Origin: an uncultured Candidatus Rokubacteria bacterium
Lineage (GTDB): Bacteria > Methylomirabilota > Methylomirabilia > Rokubacteriales > DASRDR01
Direction: 5' to 3'
Assembly: GCA_963708025.1 (NCBI GenBank)
Contig: CAVPSB010000029.1
Coordinates: 73,411-137,410 of the forward strand
Length of the DNA: 64,000 nt
Of this stretch, positions 20,666 to 29,710 are shown one piece after another. Within the stretch, counting starts at the first letter, position 1. Each line of letters opens with the position of its first letter. The notes beneath the pieces were generated by a model. It was not told where the DNA came from, ran no database searches, and saw only the letters and a list, made by a program, of their open reading frames with translations. The position numbers and the translations under genes are program-made.

Positions 20666-23600
20666 GCGACACGCATCGGGGACGGATGGACAGCCCGCCC
20701 GCCGGCCGCGGCAACATCAGCCGCTGGTCCATCGAGCATCCCTACGCGATCATCGCCTTCTACCTCGGCGTGGCGCTGCTCTCCCTGCTGGTGGTCGTCG
20801 TCCAGATGCCGCGGCGCATGATGCCCTACGTCGAGAGTCCGCTGGTCGGCGTCGTCTCGATGATGCCGGGGCTCTCCGCCGAGGAGATGGAGATCTACTT
20901 CTCCAAGCCCATCGAGGAGCGGATGGTGGACCTCAAGAACGTCCACTTCGTCCGCTCGACCTCCCAGGAGGGGTTCTCGATCGTCACCGTGGAGTTCTGG
21001 TACGGCACCGACATGAGGAAGGCGCTGTTCGACGTCCAGTCGCTGATGAACGTCGTCCAGGCCGACCTCCCCATGACGGGGGCGAACCTCAAGCCGTCGT
21101 GGGTCCTGGCGATCGACCCCCTGAACATCCCGGTCCTGTCGCTGGCCGTCACCGGGGAGGGCTACGAGCCCGTGCAGCTCCGCACGCTGGTCGAGAACGA
21201 GGTGGTCAACCGCCTGAAGGTCGTCAAGGACGTCTACTCGGTGGTGCCGTTCGGCGGGCAGAAGCTCCAGATGCAGGTGCTCGTCGACCGCGAGCGGCTC
21301 GCGGCCTACCGGATGTCGCTCCCCGACCTCAAGCGCATGCTCGACATGCAGAACCAGTCCCGGCCGGCGGGGACGCTCACGTTCCAGGACCGCGAGATCC
21401 TGGTCCGGACCGACGCCCGCGCCCGCGCTCCCGAGCAGGTCGCCGCCTACCCGATCGGCAGCATGGAGGGCCGGACCGTCTACCTGCGAGACGTCGCGGA
21501 GGTCGTGAACGGCCCCCGCGAGCAACGCAGCCTCTACCGCTTCAACGGGAAGGAGGCCATCGAGATCTCGGTCGTCCAGCAGCCGGACGCCAGCTCGGTG
21601 CGGGTGATCGAGGGCGTCAAGGCCAAGCTCGCGGAGATCCAGCGTGACTTCCCCGGGCTCCGGTTCGAGGTGGCCTACGACAACGCCACGTTCGTCGGCT
21701 ATCTCATGCGGAACATGGTCGAGGAGCTGGTGGTGGCGGTGCTCCTCACCGGGCTGGTGGTCCTCGTCTTCCTGGGGAACGTCCGGGGCACGCTCATCTC
21801 GGTCGTGACCATTCCGATCTCGCTCGGCATGGCCCTGCTGGCGATGGTGCCCTTCGGCATGACGCTGAACAGCTCGACCCTCATCGGGCTCCTGCTCTCG
21901 ATCGGGCGGCTGGTGGACGACTCGATCATCGACCTCCACTCGATCGAGCGCCACCTGCGGATGGGGAAGTCGCCGAAGGACGCCGCGGTGGACGGGATCA
22001 CCGAGGTCCGGCTGGCCGTCCTGGCCATCACGCTCATGGTCTGCGTGGCGCTCCTGCCCCTGGCCTTCTCGGGCGGCATCGTGCAGTACATGTTCGAGGG
22101 GATCGTCTGGCCGATCGTCTTCGCCCTGCTCGCGTCGGCCGTGGTCTCGTTCACCCTGACCCCGCTCCTGGCCGCGCACCTCTTCGGCCCGCACGGCGAC
22201 GGGACGCGGGCATCGCGGCTCCAGCGCTGGGTGCTCGACCCCTCGCAGCGGCTCCTGGACCGGCTCGAGACCCGCTACCGCGGGGGCCTCGGGTGGGCGC
22301 TCCGCAATCGCTTCCTGGTGCTGGCCGGCGCGGTCGCGACGATCCTGGTCGGGGTCGCGCTCTACCCGCGGATCGGCAGCGAGATGATGCCGCTGGCCGA
22401 CGTCTCCCAGGCGTACGCGCTGCTGGAGGCGGCGCCGGGGACCTCGTTCGCCCGGACGTCCGACATCGCGGCCGAGGTGGAGCGCCTGCTCCTCCGGCAG
22501 CCGGAGGTGGTCAAGGTCTCCTCGGAGGTCGGCTTCGAGCCGGGCGGCACCTACTTCACCGGCTACAGCATGGGGGCCGTCAATGCCGCCGGCCTGATGA
22601 TCACCCTCACGGACTCCTCGAAGCGCCGGCGCGACATCTGGCAGGTGATCGACGCGGTGCGGGACGAGGCCGTCCGGACGATCCCGGGGATCCGGCGCCT
22701 GGCCATCAAGGAGATGGGCGCCGACGTCATGGCGTCGAGCGCCGCGCCCATCCAGGTCATCGTCTACGGCCCCGAGCTCGAGAAGCTGCACGAGCTCGGG
22801 GAGCAGGCGCGCCAGCTCGCCGAGCAGATCCCGGGCTTCTCCCAGGTGTCGACCTCGTGGGCCCACACCCTGCCCCAGCTCCACGTCGTGGTGGACCGCG
22901 CCCGCGCCCAGGAGATCGGCCTCTCCGTGGAGGAGGTGGCCGACCAGGCCTACTACGCGCTCAAGGGCGGGCTCACCAACGAGTTCTACCGGCTGGACAA
23001 CAAGCGCCTGTTCACGATCCTGCTCCGCTATCGCGGGGACCAGCGGCGCGACTCGAGCGACCTCCAGCAGGTCAAGATCGTGGGCAAGAACGGCGAGGTG
23101 GTGCCCCTGGCCTCGGTCGCCCGCGTCGAGGAGCGTCCCGGGGCGACGCTGATCGAGCACGACAACTTCCGCCGGGTCGTCAGCGTGCTCGGGTTCTATC
23201 GCAAGGGCGGCCCGCCGAGCATGGAGCTGTCGATGGACCTGCTCATGGCGGCCCACGGGAAGCTCGACTTCCCGCCGGGCTACGGCATGGAGCTGCGGGG
23301 CGACATGACCCAGATGGAAGAGTCGTTCGCGCGGCTGCTCCGCGGCCTCTACCTGGCGGTGATCTTCATGTTCCTGCTGCTCGTGGCCCAGTTCCGGAGC
23401 CTGATCGAGCCGCTGAACATGGTCTTCTCGCTCTCGCTCATGCTCACCGCGATCGTGGCCGGCCTGCTGCTGAACCGGCAGACCTTCTCCACCGTCTCCA
23501 TCCTGGCGGTGGTGATCCTGGCCGGCATGATGATGACGGTCGCGGTGCTGCTGATCGACCTCGTGCTCAAGCTGCGGGCCCAGGGCCTGCCGCGCGACGA

Positions 23601-23886
23601 GGCGATCCTGACGGCCGGGCCCATCCGGCTCCGGCCGATCCTGATGACGTCCCTCATCACCGTCGTCGTGCTGATCCCGGTCGCGCTCTTCCCGCGGACC
23701 GGGATCGACGCCTACGCGCCGCTGGCGACCGTGGTGATCGCCGGCCTCTCGGTGGGGACCGTGCTGGCCCTGTTCGTCGTCCCGGTGGTCCACACCTACA
23801 CGGACGACCTCGCCCGGCTCACGGCGGCCGCGTGGCGGCGCCTCACCGGGCGGCGCCCCGCCCGCCCGGAGAAGGTGTCGACGTGA
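20662..23886 (+). CDS. RND efflux permease (AcrB/CusA/CzcA superfamily)
   Basis: GTGA overlap with the cyclase stop and GGAGG RBS; PG.SAEEME, VDD in TM4, VSFTLTP, RLRPILMTS. Confidence 0.95.
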   Translation: MSDTHRGRMDSPPAGRGNISRWSIEHPYAIIAFYLGVALLSLLVVVVQMPRRMMPYVESPLVGVVSMMPGLSAEEMEIYFSKPIEERMVDLKNVHFVRSTSQEGFSIVTVEFWYGTDMRKALFDVQSLMNVVQADLPMTGANLKPSWVLAIDPLNIPVLSLAVTGEGYEPVQLRTLVENEVVNRLKVVKDVYSVVPFGGQKLQMQVLVDRERLAAYRMSLPDLKRMLDMQNQSRPAGTLTFQDREILVRTDARARAPEQVAAYPIGSMEGRTVYLRDVAEVVNGPREQRSLYRFNGKEAIEISVVQQPDASSVRVIEGVKAKLAEIQRDFPGLRFEVAYDNATFVGYLMRNMVEELVVAVLLTGLVVLVFLGNVRGTLISVVTIPISLGMALLAMVPFGMTLNSSTLIGLLLSIGRLVDDSIIDLHSIERHLRMGKSPKDAAVDGITEVRLAVLAITLMVCVALLPLAFSGGIVQYMFEGIVWPIVFALLASAVVSFTLTPLLAAHLFGPHGDGTRASRLQRWVLDPSQRLLDRLETRYRGGLGWALRNRFLVLAGAVATILVGVALYPRIGSEMMPLADVSQAYALLEAAPGTSFARTSDIAAEVERLLLRQPEVVKVSSEVGFEPGGTYFTGYSMGAVNAAGLMITLTDSSKRRRDIWQVIDAVRDEAVRTIPGIRRLAIKEMGADVMASSAAPIQVIVYGPELEKLHELGEQARQLAEQIPGFSQVSTSWAHTLPQLHVVVDRARAQEIGLSVEEVADQAYYALKGGLTNEFYRLDNKRLFTILLRYRGDQRRDSSDLQQVKIVGKNGEVVPLASVARVEERPGATLIEHDNFRRVVSVLGFYRKGGPPSMELSMDLLMAAHGKLDFPPGYGMELRGDMTQMEESFARLLRGLYLAVIFMFLLLVAQFRSLIEPLNMVFSLSLMLTAIVAGLLLNRQTFSTVSILAVVILAGMMMTVAVLLIDLVLKLRAQGLPRDEAILTAGPIRLRPILMTSLITVVVLIPVALFPRTGIDAYAPLATVVIAGLSVGTVLALFVVPVVHTYTDDLARLTAAAWRRLTGRRPARPEKVST

Positions 23887-23977
23887 GCCTCCGGGCACGG
23901 TCCGCGGCGGCGATCCAGGGAAGCCCAGCGCCAGAGCCTGGCGCGCAACCCATCGTCGAGCTGGCAGGGAGGACGCG

Positions 23978-25492
23978 ATGAACATCGACGGCGTGGACCG
24001 GGACGATCTGCGGACGCCCGGATCCGACGGCGAGCACGCGGTCGTGGGCCGGCGCGCCCGCGGGCGGGGACCCGTTCGGCGCACCGTTGCGGTCCTGGTG
24101 GGCCTCGCGCTCGTCGCGGCGGCAGGCGCGTGGGCGTACTACGCGAACATGGCCGCCGGCCGGCCGGCGATGGACATGACGATGCCGGTGAGCGGCGGCG
24201 CGGCGGCCTTCCCGGTCGTGCTGACCCCGGTCGAGCGCGGGCCGATCACCGGCACCGTGACGTACACGGGGAGCGTGGCGGCCTTCAACGAGGAAGAGAT
24301 CTACCCCCGCGTGACCGGACGGATCGTCGAGATGGCGGTCTATCCCGGGGACGCCGTCCGGGCGGGGCAGGTGGTCGCCCGGCTCGATGACGTGGAGTTG
24401 AGCTCCCGGGCGCGGGAGGCGGCCGCCAGCGCGACGGCGGCGGAGGCCAACCTGGCCCAGATGGAGGCCGACGTCCTGGCGGCCGGGCACGGCGTCACCC
24501 AGATGGACCGCGAGCTCGCGATGGTCGAGGCGGAGGTCGAGTACCAGGAGCAGCTCGCCGCCCGGGAGGAGCGGCTGTTCCGCGTGGGAGCGGTCTCCCG
24601 CCAGGACGTCGAGAGCGCTCGCGCCATGGTCGCCGCCGCCCGGGCCAAGGTCGCGGCGGCCCGGGCGCGGGCCGAGCAGGCCAAGGCGATGGAGGTGAGC
24701 GCTCTCCGCAAGCGGGACGCGATGACGGCCATGGCGAGCATGAGCCGGGCCCAGCTCCGCACGGCGGAGGTCGTGCGCGACTACGTGACCATCGTGGCGC
24801 CGAGCGCCGGCTACGTCGTGAAGCGCCTGGTGGCCCCGGGCGTCCTCGTCCAGCCCGGGATGGCCATTCTGAAGATCGCCCAGCTCGACCGCGTGCGCCT
24901 GCAGGCGAACGTCGGAGAGAAAGACGTCGGGTCGATCCGGGTCGGGGCGCCGGTGACGGTCACGTCGACCGACGGCCGGCCGCCCGTGGCCACGGGCGTG
25001 ACCGCGGTCTTCCCCTTCGTCAACCAGGGCCCGCGGACCGCGGTGGTGGAGGCGCTCGTGGACAACGCGGGCCGCCGGTTCCTGCCGGGCCAGTACGTGA
25101 CCATGCAGTTCGTGACCGGGGAGCGCCCGGAGGCCCTCAGCGTGCCGCGCGGGGCGGTCGCCCGGATGGGCGGCAAGGCCCGCGTGTGGGTCGTGGCCGA
25201 CGGGCGGGCCGAGCCGCGGGAGGTGACGACGGGCCTCGAGACCCCGGAGCGGGTGGAGATCGCGGGAGGCCTTCGCGGGGACGAGCGGGTCGTCGCGCGC
25301 GGCCACGAGGGCCTCTACGCCGGGGCCCGGGTCAGCGACGTGGCGAAAGGCGCCGCGGCAGCCGGCGGGGCCGGCGCACCGGTCACTCCCTCGCATGGCG
25401 GGGCGGGGGCCGGAGCCGCGCACGGCGGCCGCCGGCACCGGCGCCATCCGCCACGCCCCCTCAGCCAGCTGGTCAACCAAAGGAGGCGCCCC
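23978..25492 (+). CDS. RND periplasmic adaptor (MFP); no stop before tolC in this assembly
   Basis: TM anchor, PRVTGRI..V.PGDAVRAGQVVARLD, IVAPSAGYV, LPGQYV, VPRGAV, V.TGL, GL.GDERVV. Confidence 0.88.
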
Positions 25493-26856
25493 ATGGCACC
25501 ACGCACTGAGCGGATGGTGAGACGGTGGACGCGTGTGGCGGCAGGGTCGATCCTCGGCCTGCTCGCCGCTGGATCCGTGGCGGCGCAAGGGTTGCCGCCG
25601 CTCCCCCGGGTGGACGCGCCGCTGACGATGGAGCAGGCCGTGGACCTGGCGCTCCAGAAGAGCCTGCGCGTCCGGGCGGCCCAGGCCGACTCCCGCACGA
25701 TGGAGTCGATGCGCCGGGAGGCCCAGGCGCCGTTCTGGCCGCAGCTCTCCGCCAACGGCTACGCGAACGACCAGAACCTCGCCCCCAACGTCTACTCGTC
25801 CGCCGGCACGACGATGGCCCGGAATACCCAGGTCTTCCTGGCCGACCAGACGGGGGACGCGAACCTGACCGCGATGTATTCGCTCTTCTCGGGCGGGCGG
25901 GACTACTACGGCTACAAGGCGGCCGCCGCCCGGGCCGACGCCTCCCGCCAGATGCTCCGCGGCGCCGAGATCGACGTCGCCATGCAGGCCCGGCTGGACT
26001 ACATCGCGGCCCTGCGCGAGGCGGAGAATGTCGGCGTCACCGGCGACCTCGTCCGCCAGGTCGAGGAGCGGCTCCGGGTGACCCGCGAGGCGTTCGACGC
26101 CGGCCGGGTGCCGCGATACTACGTGCTCCGCGACGAGGCCGAGCTGGCGAACACCGTCCAGATGGACGCCATGGCCCGGAGCCGGGCCGGCCAGGCGCTG
26201 ATCGCCCTGAAGACCACGCTCGGGATCGACCTCGCCTCCACCATCGCGCTCGCCGACCGACTCGCCTACACGCCGGTCCCGGTGTCGGTGGAGGAGGCGA
26301 TCCGCGGCGCCAGCGACGCGCATCCCGAGGTGCGGGCGGCCTCCAAGCAGCGGCAGGCGGCGGAAGCCGACGTGCGGGCGGCCTACGGCAACTACTTCCC
26401 GCAGGTGAGCGTGGCCGCCATGTACGACTGGGTCAAGACGAAGACCAGCGGGTCGAACGACTCCGACCAGGGCTACTCGGTCGGCCTCGTCGTCACCCTG
26501 CCGATCTTCGACGGCTTCATGCGCGAGAACGCCGTCCGGACGGCCAAGGCCAAGCTCGACCGGACGCTCCAGGCCGAGGGGCTCGCCCGCCAGCAGATCG
26601 CGAAGGAGGTGTCCCAGGCCGCGCTGATGCTCGCCGCGGCCGAGAAGAGCGTGGAGGCGAGCGGTAAGGGACTCGAGCAGGCCGAGGAGGAGGCCCGGAT
26701 CGTGCAGGAGCGCTTCGCCGCCGGGCGGGGCATCCAGCTCGAGATCCTGGACGCGCAGGCGAGCCGGACGCGCGCCCGCTTCAACGCGGTCGCCGCGCTG
26801 CCGAGTACCAGACGGCGCTCGCCATGTGGCGCCGCGCCATCGGCGAGATCCGATGA
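25493..26856 (+). CDS. TolC-family outer membrane efflux protein, frameshift near 26801
   Basis: Own AAGGAGG RBS and signal peptide; LTMEQAVDLAL, FPQVSV, LPIFDG, LEILDAQ; corrected tail AEYQTALAMWRRAIGEIR*. Confidence 0.88.
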
Positions 26857-26910
26857 GCCGAGCAATCGGCCGAGCGAAGGAGGCCGGTGGCACATGAGAG
26901 GAGAAGGCAA

Positions 26911-27237
26911 ATGAAACGGACGGGTGCAAGTCTGATCGGCGCAGGGGCCATGGTGCTGGCACTCGTCGCTGGCGCGGCGTGGGCCGAGACCAAGATCACC
27001 GTCACGCGCGAGGAGAGCAAACCCCAGAAGGTCGAGGTCAAGGTTGGGGAGGAGGTGCGCTGGGTGAATGCCTCCGGCGGCACCGCCCACATCGCGTTCG
27101 GCGGCGTCGATGGCGTCCAGTTCTACCTCGGCAAGGAGGGACGCGTGAAGTTCGACAAGCCGGGAACGTACGACTACACCGTGCACATCTCGGGCATCAA
27201 GGCGCATGCCCACACCGGAGCTGTCGTCGTGAAGTAG
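26911..27237 (+). CDS. Small exported cupredoxin-fold protein
   Basis: Signal peptide; P..VEVKVGEEVRWVN....H, FDKPGTYDY, G.VVVK; GGAGAAGG RBS. Confidence 0.8.
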   Translation: MKRTGASLIGAGAMVLALVAGAAWAETKITVTREESKPQKVEVKVGEEVRWVNASGGTAHIAFGGVDGVQFYLGKEGRVKFDKPGTYDYTVHISGIKAHAHTGAVVVK

Positions 27238-27261
27238 GGACTCCGGGACCGGGCCGTCCAA

Positions 27262-27345
27262 CGGCCTTCCCAATCGAACGCCGGGTCGACCACGGCGGCC
27301 TTGGGTACGAGACCGGCGTCGTCCCGATCGTCGCGGGAGAGGTTC
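27262..27345 (-). pseudogene. Short glgX (glycogen debranching enzyme)-like remnant
   Basis: NLSRDDRDDAGLVPKAAVVDPAFDWEG resembles the GlgX segment D.RDSA..VPK.VVVDP.FDW.GD. Confidence 0.5.
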
Positions 27346-27406
27346 CCCGGGACGACCGGAACGTCTCCATGGCGACCCTCCTCACCTGCCAATCCAAATT
27401 CGCGGG

Positions 27407-28360
27407 TCATGGTCTGATGTCCCGTTCAAACGAGCGGACCAGGGCCCAGACTCGCTCGGGCTCCCGGAGCAGCACCTGGTGATCGGCCCCGGGTAATGCG
27501 ACGAAGCGGGCGTTCGGGCGGGTGGCGGCCAGCGCCCGGGCCGCCGCGAGCGGCGCGACCTGGTCATCCTGCCCGTGGATGAACAGCACGGGTGTCGCCA
27601 CCGTGCGCATCAGAGCCGTGGCATCGGTGCCGAGGATCGTCTCGTGGAGCGTGCCGGAGAGAGAGCCCCAGGTGTGGCGCATCGAGTCGGTGTAGACGTC
27701 CTCGGGCAGGCCGACCCACGCGGCCAGCCAGGGCCAGGCGTAGAGCGCCCGGAGGTAGTGGGCGACGCGCAGCGACGGACTGCCGGCGAGCATCTGGCGA
27801 AACAGCCAGGACCGGCGGCCGAGCCGGGCCAGGGCGTCGGCCTCGTCCCGATAGAGGGGGAGCCCGATGAGGACGGCGCCCTGGAACCACGCCGGGCGGC
27901 GACTGACCAGGCCCAGCGCTACGACCGCGCCCAGCGAGTGCCCGACCAGCCAGCCGTCCCCCCGGTCGAACCCACGCTGCCGCAGAAGGTGCTCGAGGGC
28001 CGCGAGGTGGTCGTCGAGGCCATACCGGGCGCGGGGCTTCGGCGACTCGCCGAAGCCCAGGAGATCGGGGATGAGCAAGGTGTGGTCGCCGAGCAGCGGG
28101 GCGACCCGATCGACCCAGTAGCGCCCCGAGCCGGCCAGGCCGTGCACGAGGACCATGCGTCGCGGCCCCTGGCCGACCTCGACCGCACGAAGCTCGGTCG
28201 CGGTCGGGTCGAACGGCGGCGCCGTGGCCTCCTGCCAGTAGTTCCACGCCCCGAAACCCGCGAGCGCGGCCACCGCGAGGCCGAGCGCGATCAGGCCCCG
28301 GCGGAGGGCCGTCCACCGCCGGGCGGTGACGGACGTCGGCCGCGGGACGAGAGGCATCAT
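27407..28360 (-). CDS. Membrane-anchored alpha/beta hydrolase
   Basis: LVHGLAGS, PDLLGFGES, GHSLG nucleophile, IHGQDDQV, ADH. Confidence 0.9.
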   Translation of the reverse strand: MMPLVPRPTSVTARRWTALRRGLIALGLAVAALAGFGAWNYWQEATAPPFDPTATELRAVEVGQGPRRMVLVHGLAGSGRYWVDRVAPLLGDHTLLIPDLLGFGESPKPRARYGLDDHLAALEHLLRQRGFDRGDGWLVGHSLGAVVALGLVSRRPAWFQGAVLIGLPLYRDEADALARLGRRSWLFRQMLAGSPSLRVAHYLRALYAWPWLAAWVGLPEDVYTDSMRHTWGSLSGTLHETILGTDATALMRTVATPVLFIHGQDDQVAPLAAARALAATRPNARFVALPGADHQVLLREPERVWALVRSFERDIRP

Positions 28361-28583
28361 GCGAGCTGGCGGCGGAGTCGCCAGAGCCCGAGCCCGAAGA
28401 TCGCGAACCCGAGGGTCGCCATGGCCAGCGCCTGGGACCAGAACGCCGTCAGGCCGGCGCCCTTGTGAGGAAGATGAGGATCCCGGCGTCCGGAGCCGGC
28501 CGCCCGAGCCAGAGCCACGCGGCGACTCCGGCGCCGGCCAGGGCCACCACGGCCGCGGCCGGCGCCCACCGTCTCGTCGTCAC
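28357..28583 (-). pseudogene. Deletion scar: N-terminus of an HlyD-type adaptor joined to the C-terminus of an ABC-2 permease
   Basis: MTTRRWAPAAAVVALAGAGVAAWLWLGRPAPDAGIL joined to IFL/KGAGLTAFWSQALAMATLG.AIFGLGLWRLRRQLA*. Confidence 0.65.
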
Positions 28584-28599
28584 GGGTTTCCCGGCCTTC

Positions 28600-28977
28600 C
28601 TACGGCTTCTGCGCGCCCATCATCTCGGTCATCCGCTTCTGCATGTCCGCCATGCGCTCCCGCATCTTCGGCATGTCGGACATCATGCCCGGCCCCATCC
28701 CCTTGCCGGTGGATGCCATGCCTCCCATCATCGTGCCCATCTCCTTCATCATCTCGCCCATCTGCTTCATCTGCTCCGGGGACATCTGGCCCCGCGCCAT
28801 CCGGTCGCCCATCTGCTCCATCAGCCCGCTCATCTGCTGCATCATCCCGGTCATCTGCGGGTGCATGCCCATCATGCCGGGGCCCATCGCGCCGCCGGGA
28901 GGTGGCGCGGGCTGCTGAGCGAGTGAGGTGGCCACGCCGAGGAACACGACTCCGAGAATCGCCATCGCCGTCTTCAC
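28600..28977 (-). CDS. Exported methionine-rich putative Cu(I)/Ag(I)-binding protein
   Basis: GGAGG RBS + GTG, signal peptide, about 30 Met in about 95 mature residues. Confidence 0.8.
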   Translation of the reverse strand: MKTAMAILGVVFLGVATSLAQQPAPPPGGAMGPGMMGMHPQMTGMMQQMSGLMEQMGDRMARGQMSPEQMKQMGEMMKEMGTMMGGMASTGKGMGPGMMSDMPKMRERMADMQKRMTEMMGAQKP

Positions 28978-29050
28978 GGTTGCCTCCATGGACGAGTGAT
29001 GCCGCGCCTGGTTCGTCGAGCGCAGCCCCTCGCCGGGCCGGGTCGTTGTT

Positions 29051-29197
29051 TCACGCCTTCACGTACTGCGCGGGCGCCTTCTCGAACTTGGCCTTGCAGG
29101 CGCCCGAGCAGAAGTAGTAGGTCTGCCCCTGGTGGGTGGCCGTCGCGGCCGCGGCCTTTTCGTCGACGGCCATCCCGCACACCGGATCCCTCGTCAT
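29051..29197 (-). CDS. YHS/TRASH domain metal-binding protein
   Basis: MTRDPVCGM.VD...TYYFCS..CK..F...PAQY; AAGGAGG RBS. Confidence 0.92.
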   Translation of the reverse strand: MTRDPVCGMAVDEKAAAATATHQGQTYYFCSGACKAKFEKAPAQYVKA

Positions 29198-29303
29198 GAT
29201 CGAACCTCCTTCCAATCGTCGGTCGAGCGCCCCACGTGAAGAGTCTCCTCTCCCGATGGTGATTCCCGTGGGCCCTCTGGTCTGAGGGCGATCGAGGCCG
29301 GGG

Positions 29304-29543
29304 TCAGGCCTTGGGAGGCGGAGCGGGCAGATCGAGGCTGAACAGGGGAGTGGCGCCGGGCGGCTCGAGCGCAACCATTCCCACCAGGCCACGGGGAGGG
29401 CCGAGATCGGGGGCGCGCGTGACGGCCACGACGACCAGGCACAGGTCCTCACCCGCCGACTCGGATCCGTCGAGGAGACACGTACCGAGGACCAGAAGCA
29501 GGGTCACCGCGAAGAGGGCAGTCAGCCGGGTCATCGCGTGCAT
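29304..29543 (-). CDS. Small leader protein L2 (signal/TM, C-x12-C, terminal LPAPPPKA)
   Basis: Paralog of 19382-19606; start at ATG 29543 or 29534 directly after the sigma54 promoter. Confidence 0.7.
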   Translation of the reverse strand: MHAMTRLTALFAVTLLLVLGTCLLDGSESAGEDLCLVVVAVTRAPDLGPPRGLVGMVALEPPGATPLFSLDLPAPPPKA

Positions 29544-29561
29544 CGCTCCGGTCAACGGCGA

Positions 29562-29577
29562 AGCAACCGGCTTGCCA
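29562..29577 (-). promoter_or_regulatory. sigma54 (-24/-12) promoter
   Basis: TGGCAAG-CCGG-TTGCT on the minus strand. Confidence 0.8.
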
Positions 29578-29657
29578 GCCTCGACGTGTCGGATCGCAAG
29601 CTCACGGGTCTTCAGCGGTTCTCCGGCACCGGCCGCTGAGCCGCGGCCTGGACACGC

Positions 29658-29696
29658 GTGGGGCGCCGGCTCACCACTGGGGCGACCGCGCCCCAC
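29658..29696 (-). promoter_or_regulatory. Tandem palindromic upstream activator site
   Basis: Minus strand GTGGGGC-GCGGTC-GCCCCAG then GTGGTGA-GCCGGC-GCCCCAC, 80-120 bp upstream of the sigma54 site. Confidence 0.65.
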
Positions 29697-29710
29697 CGGG
29701 CGACCCCGCG

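Noticed and set aside
20527-26962. Very long minus-strand ORFs (1185 aa and 1039 aa) opposite the RND-MFP-TolC genes
   Set aside because: Antisense shadows expected in high-GC coding DNA; Arg/Gly/Pro-rich with no motifs
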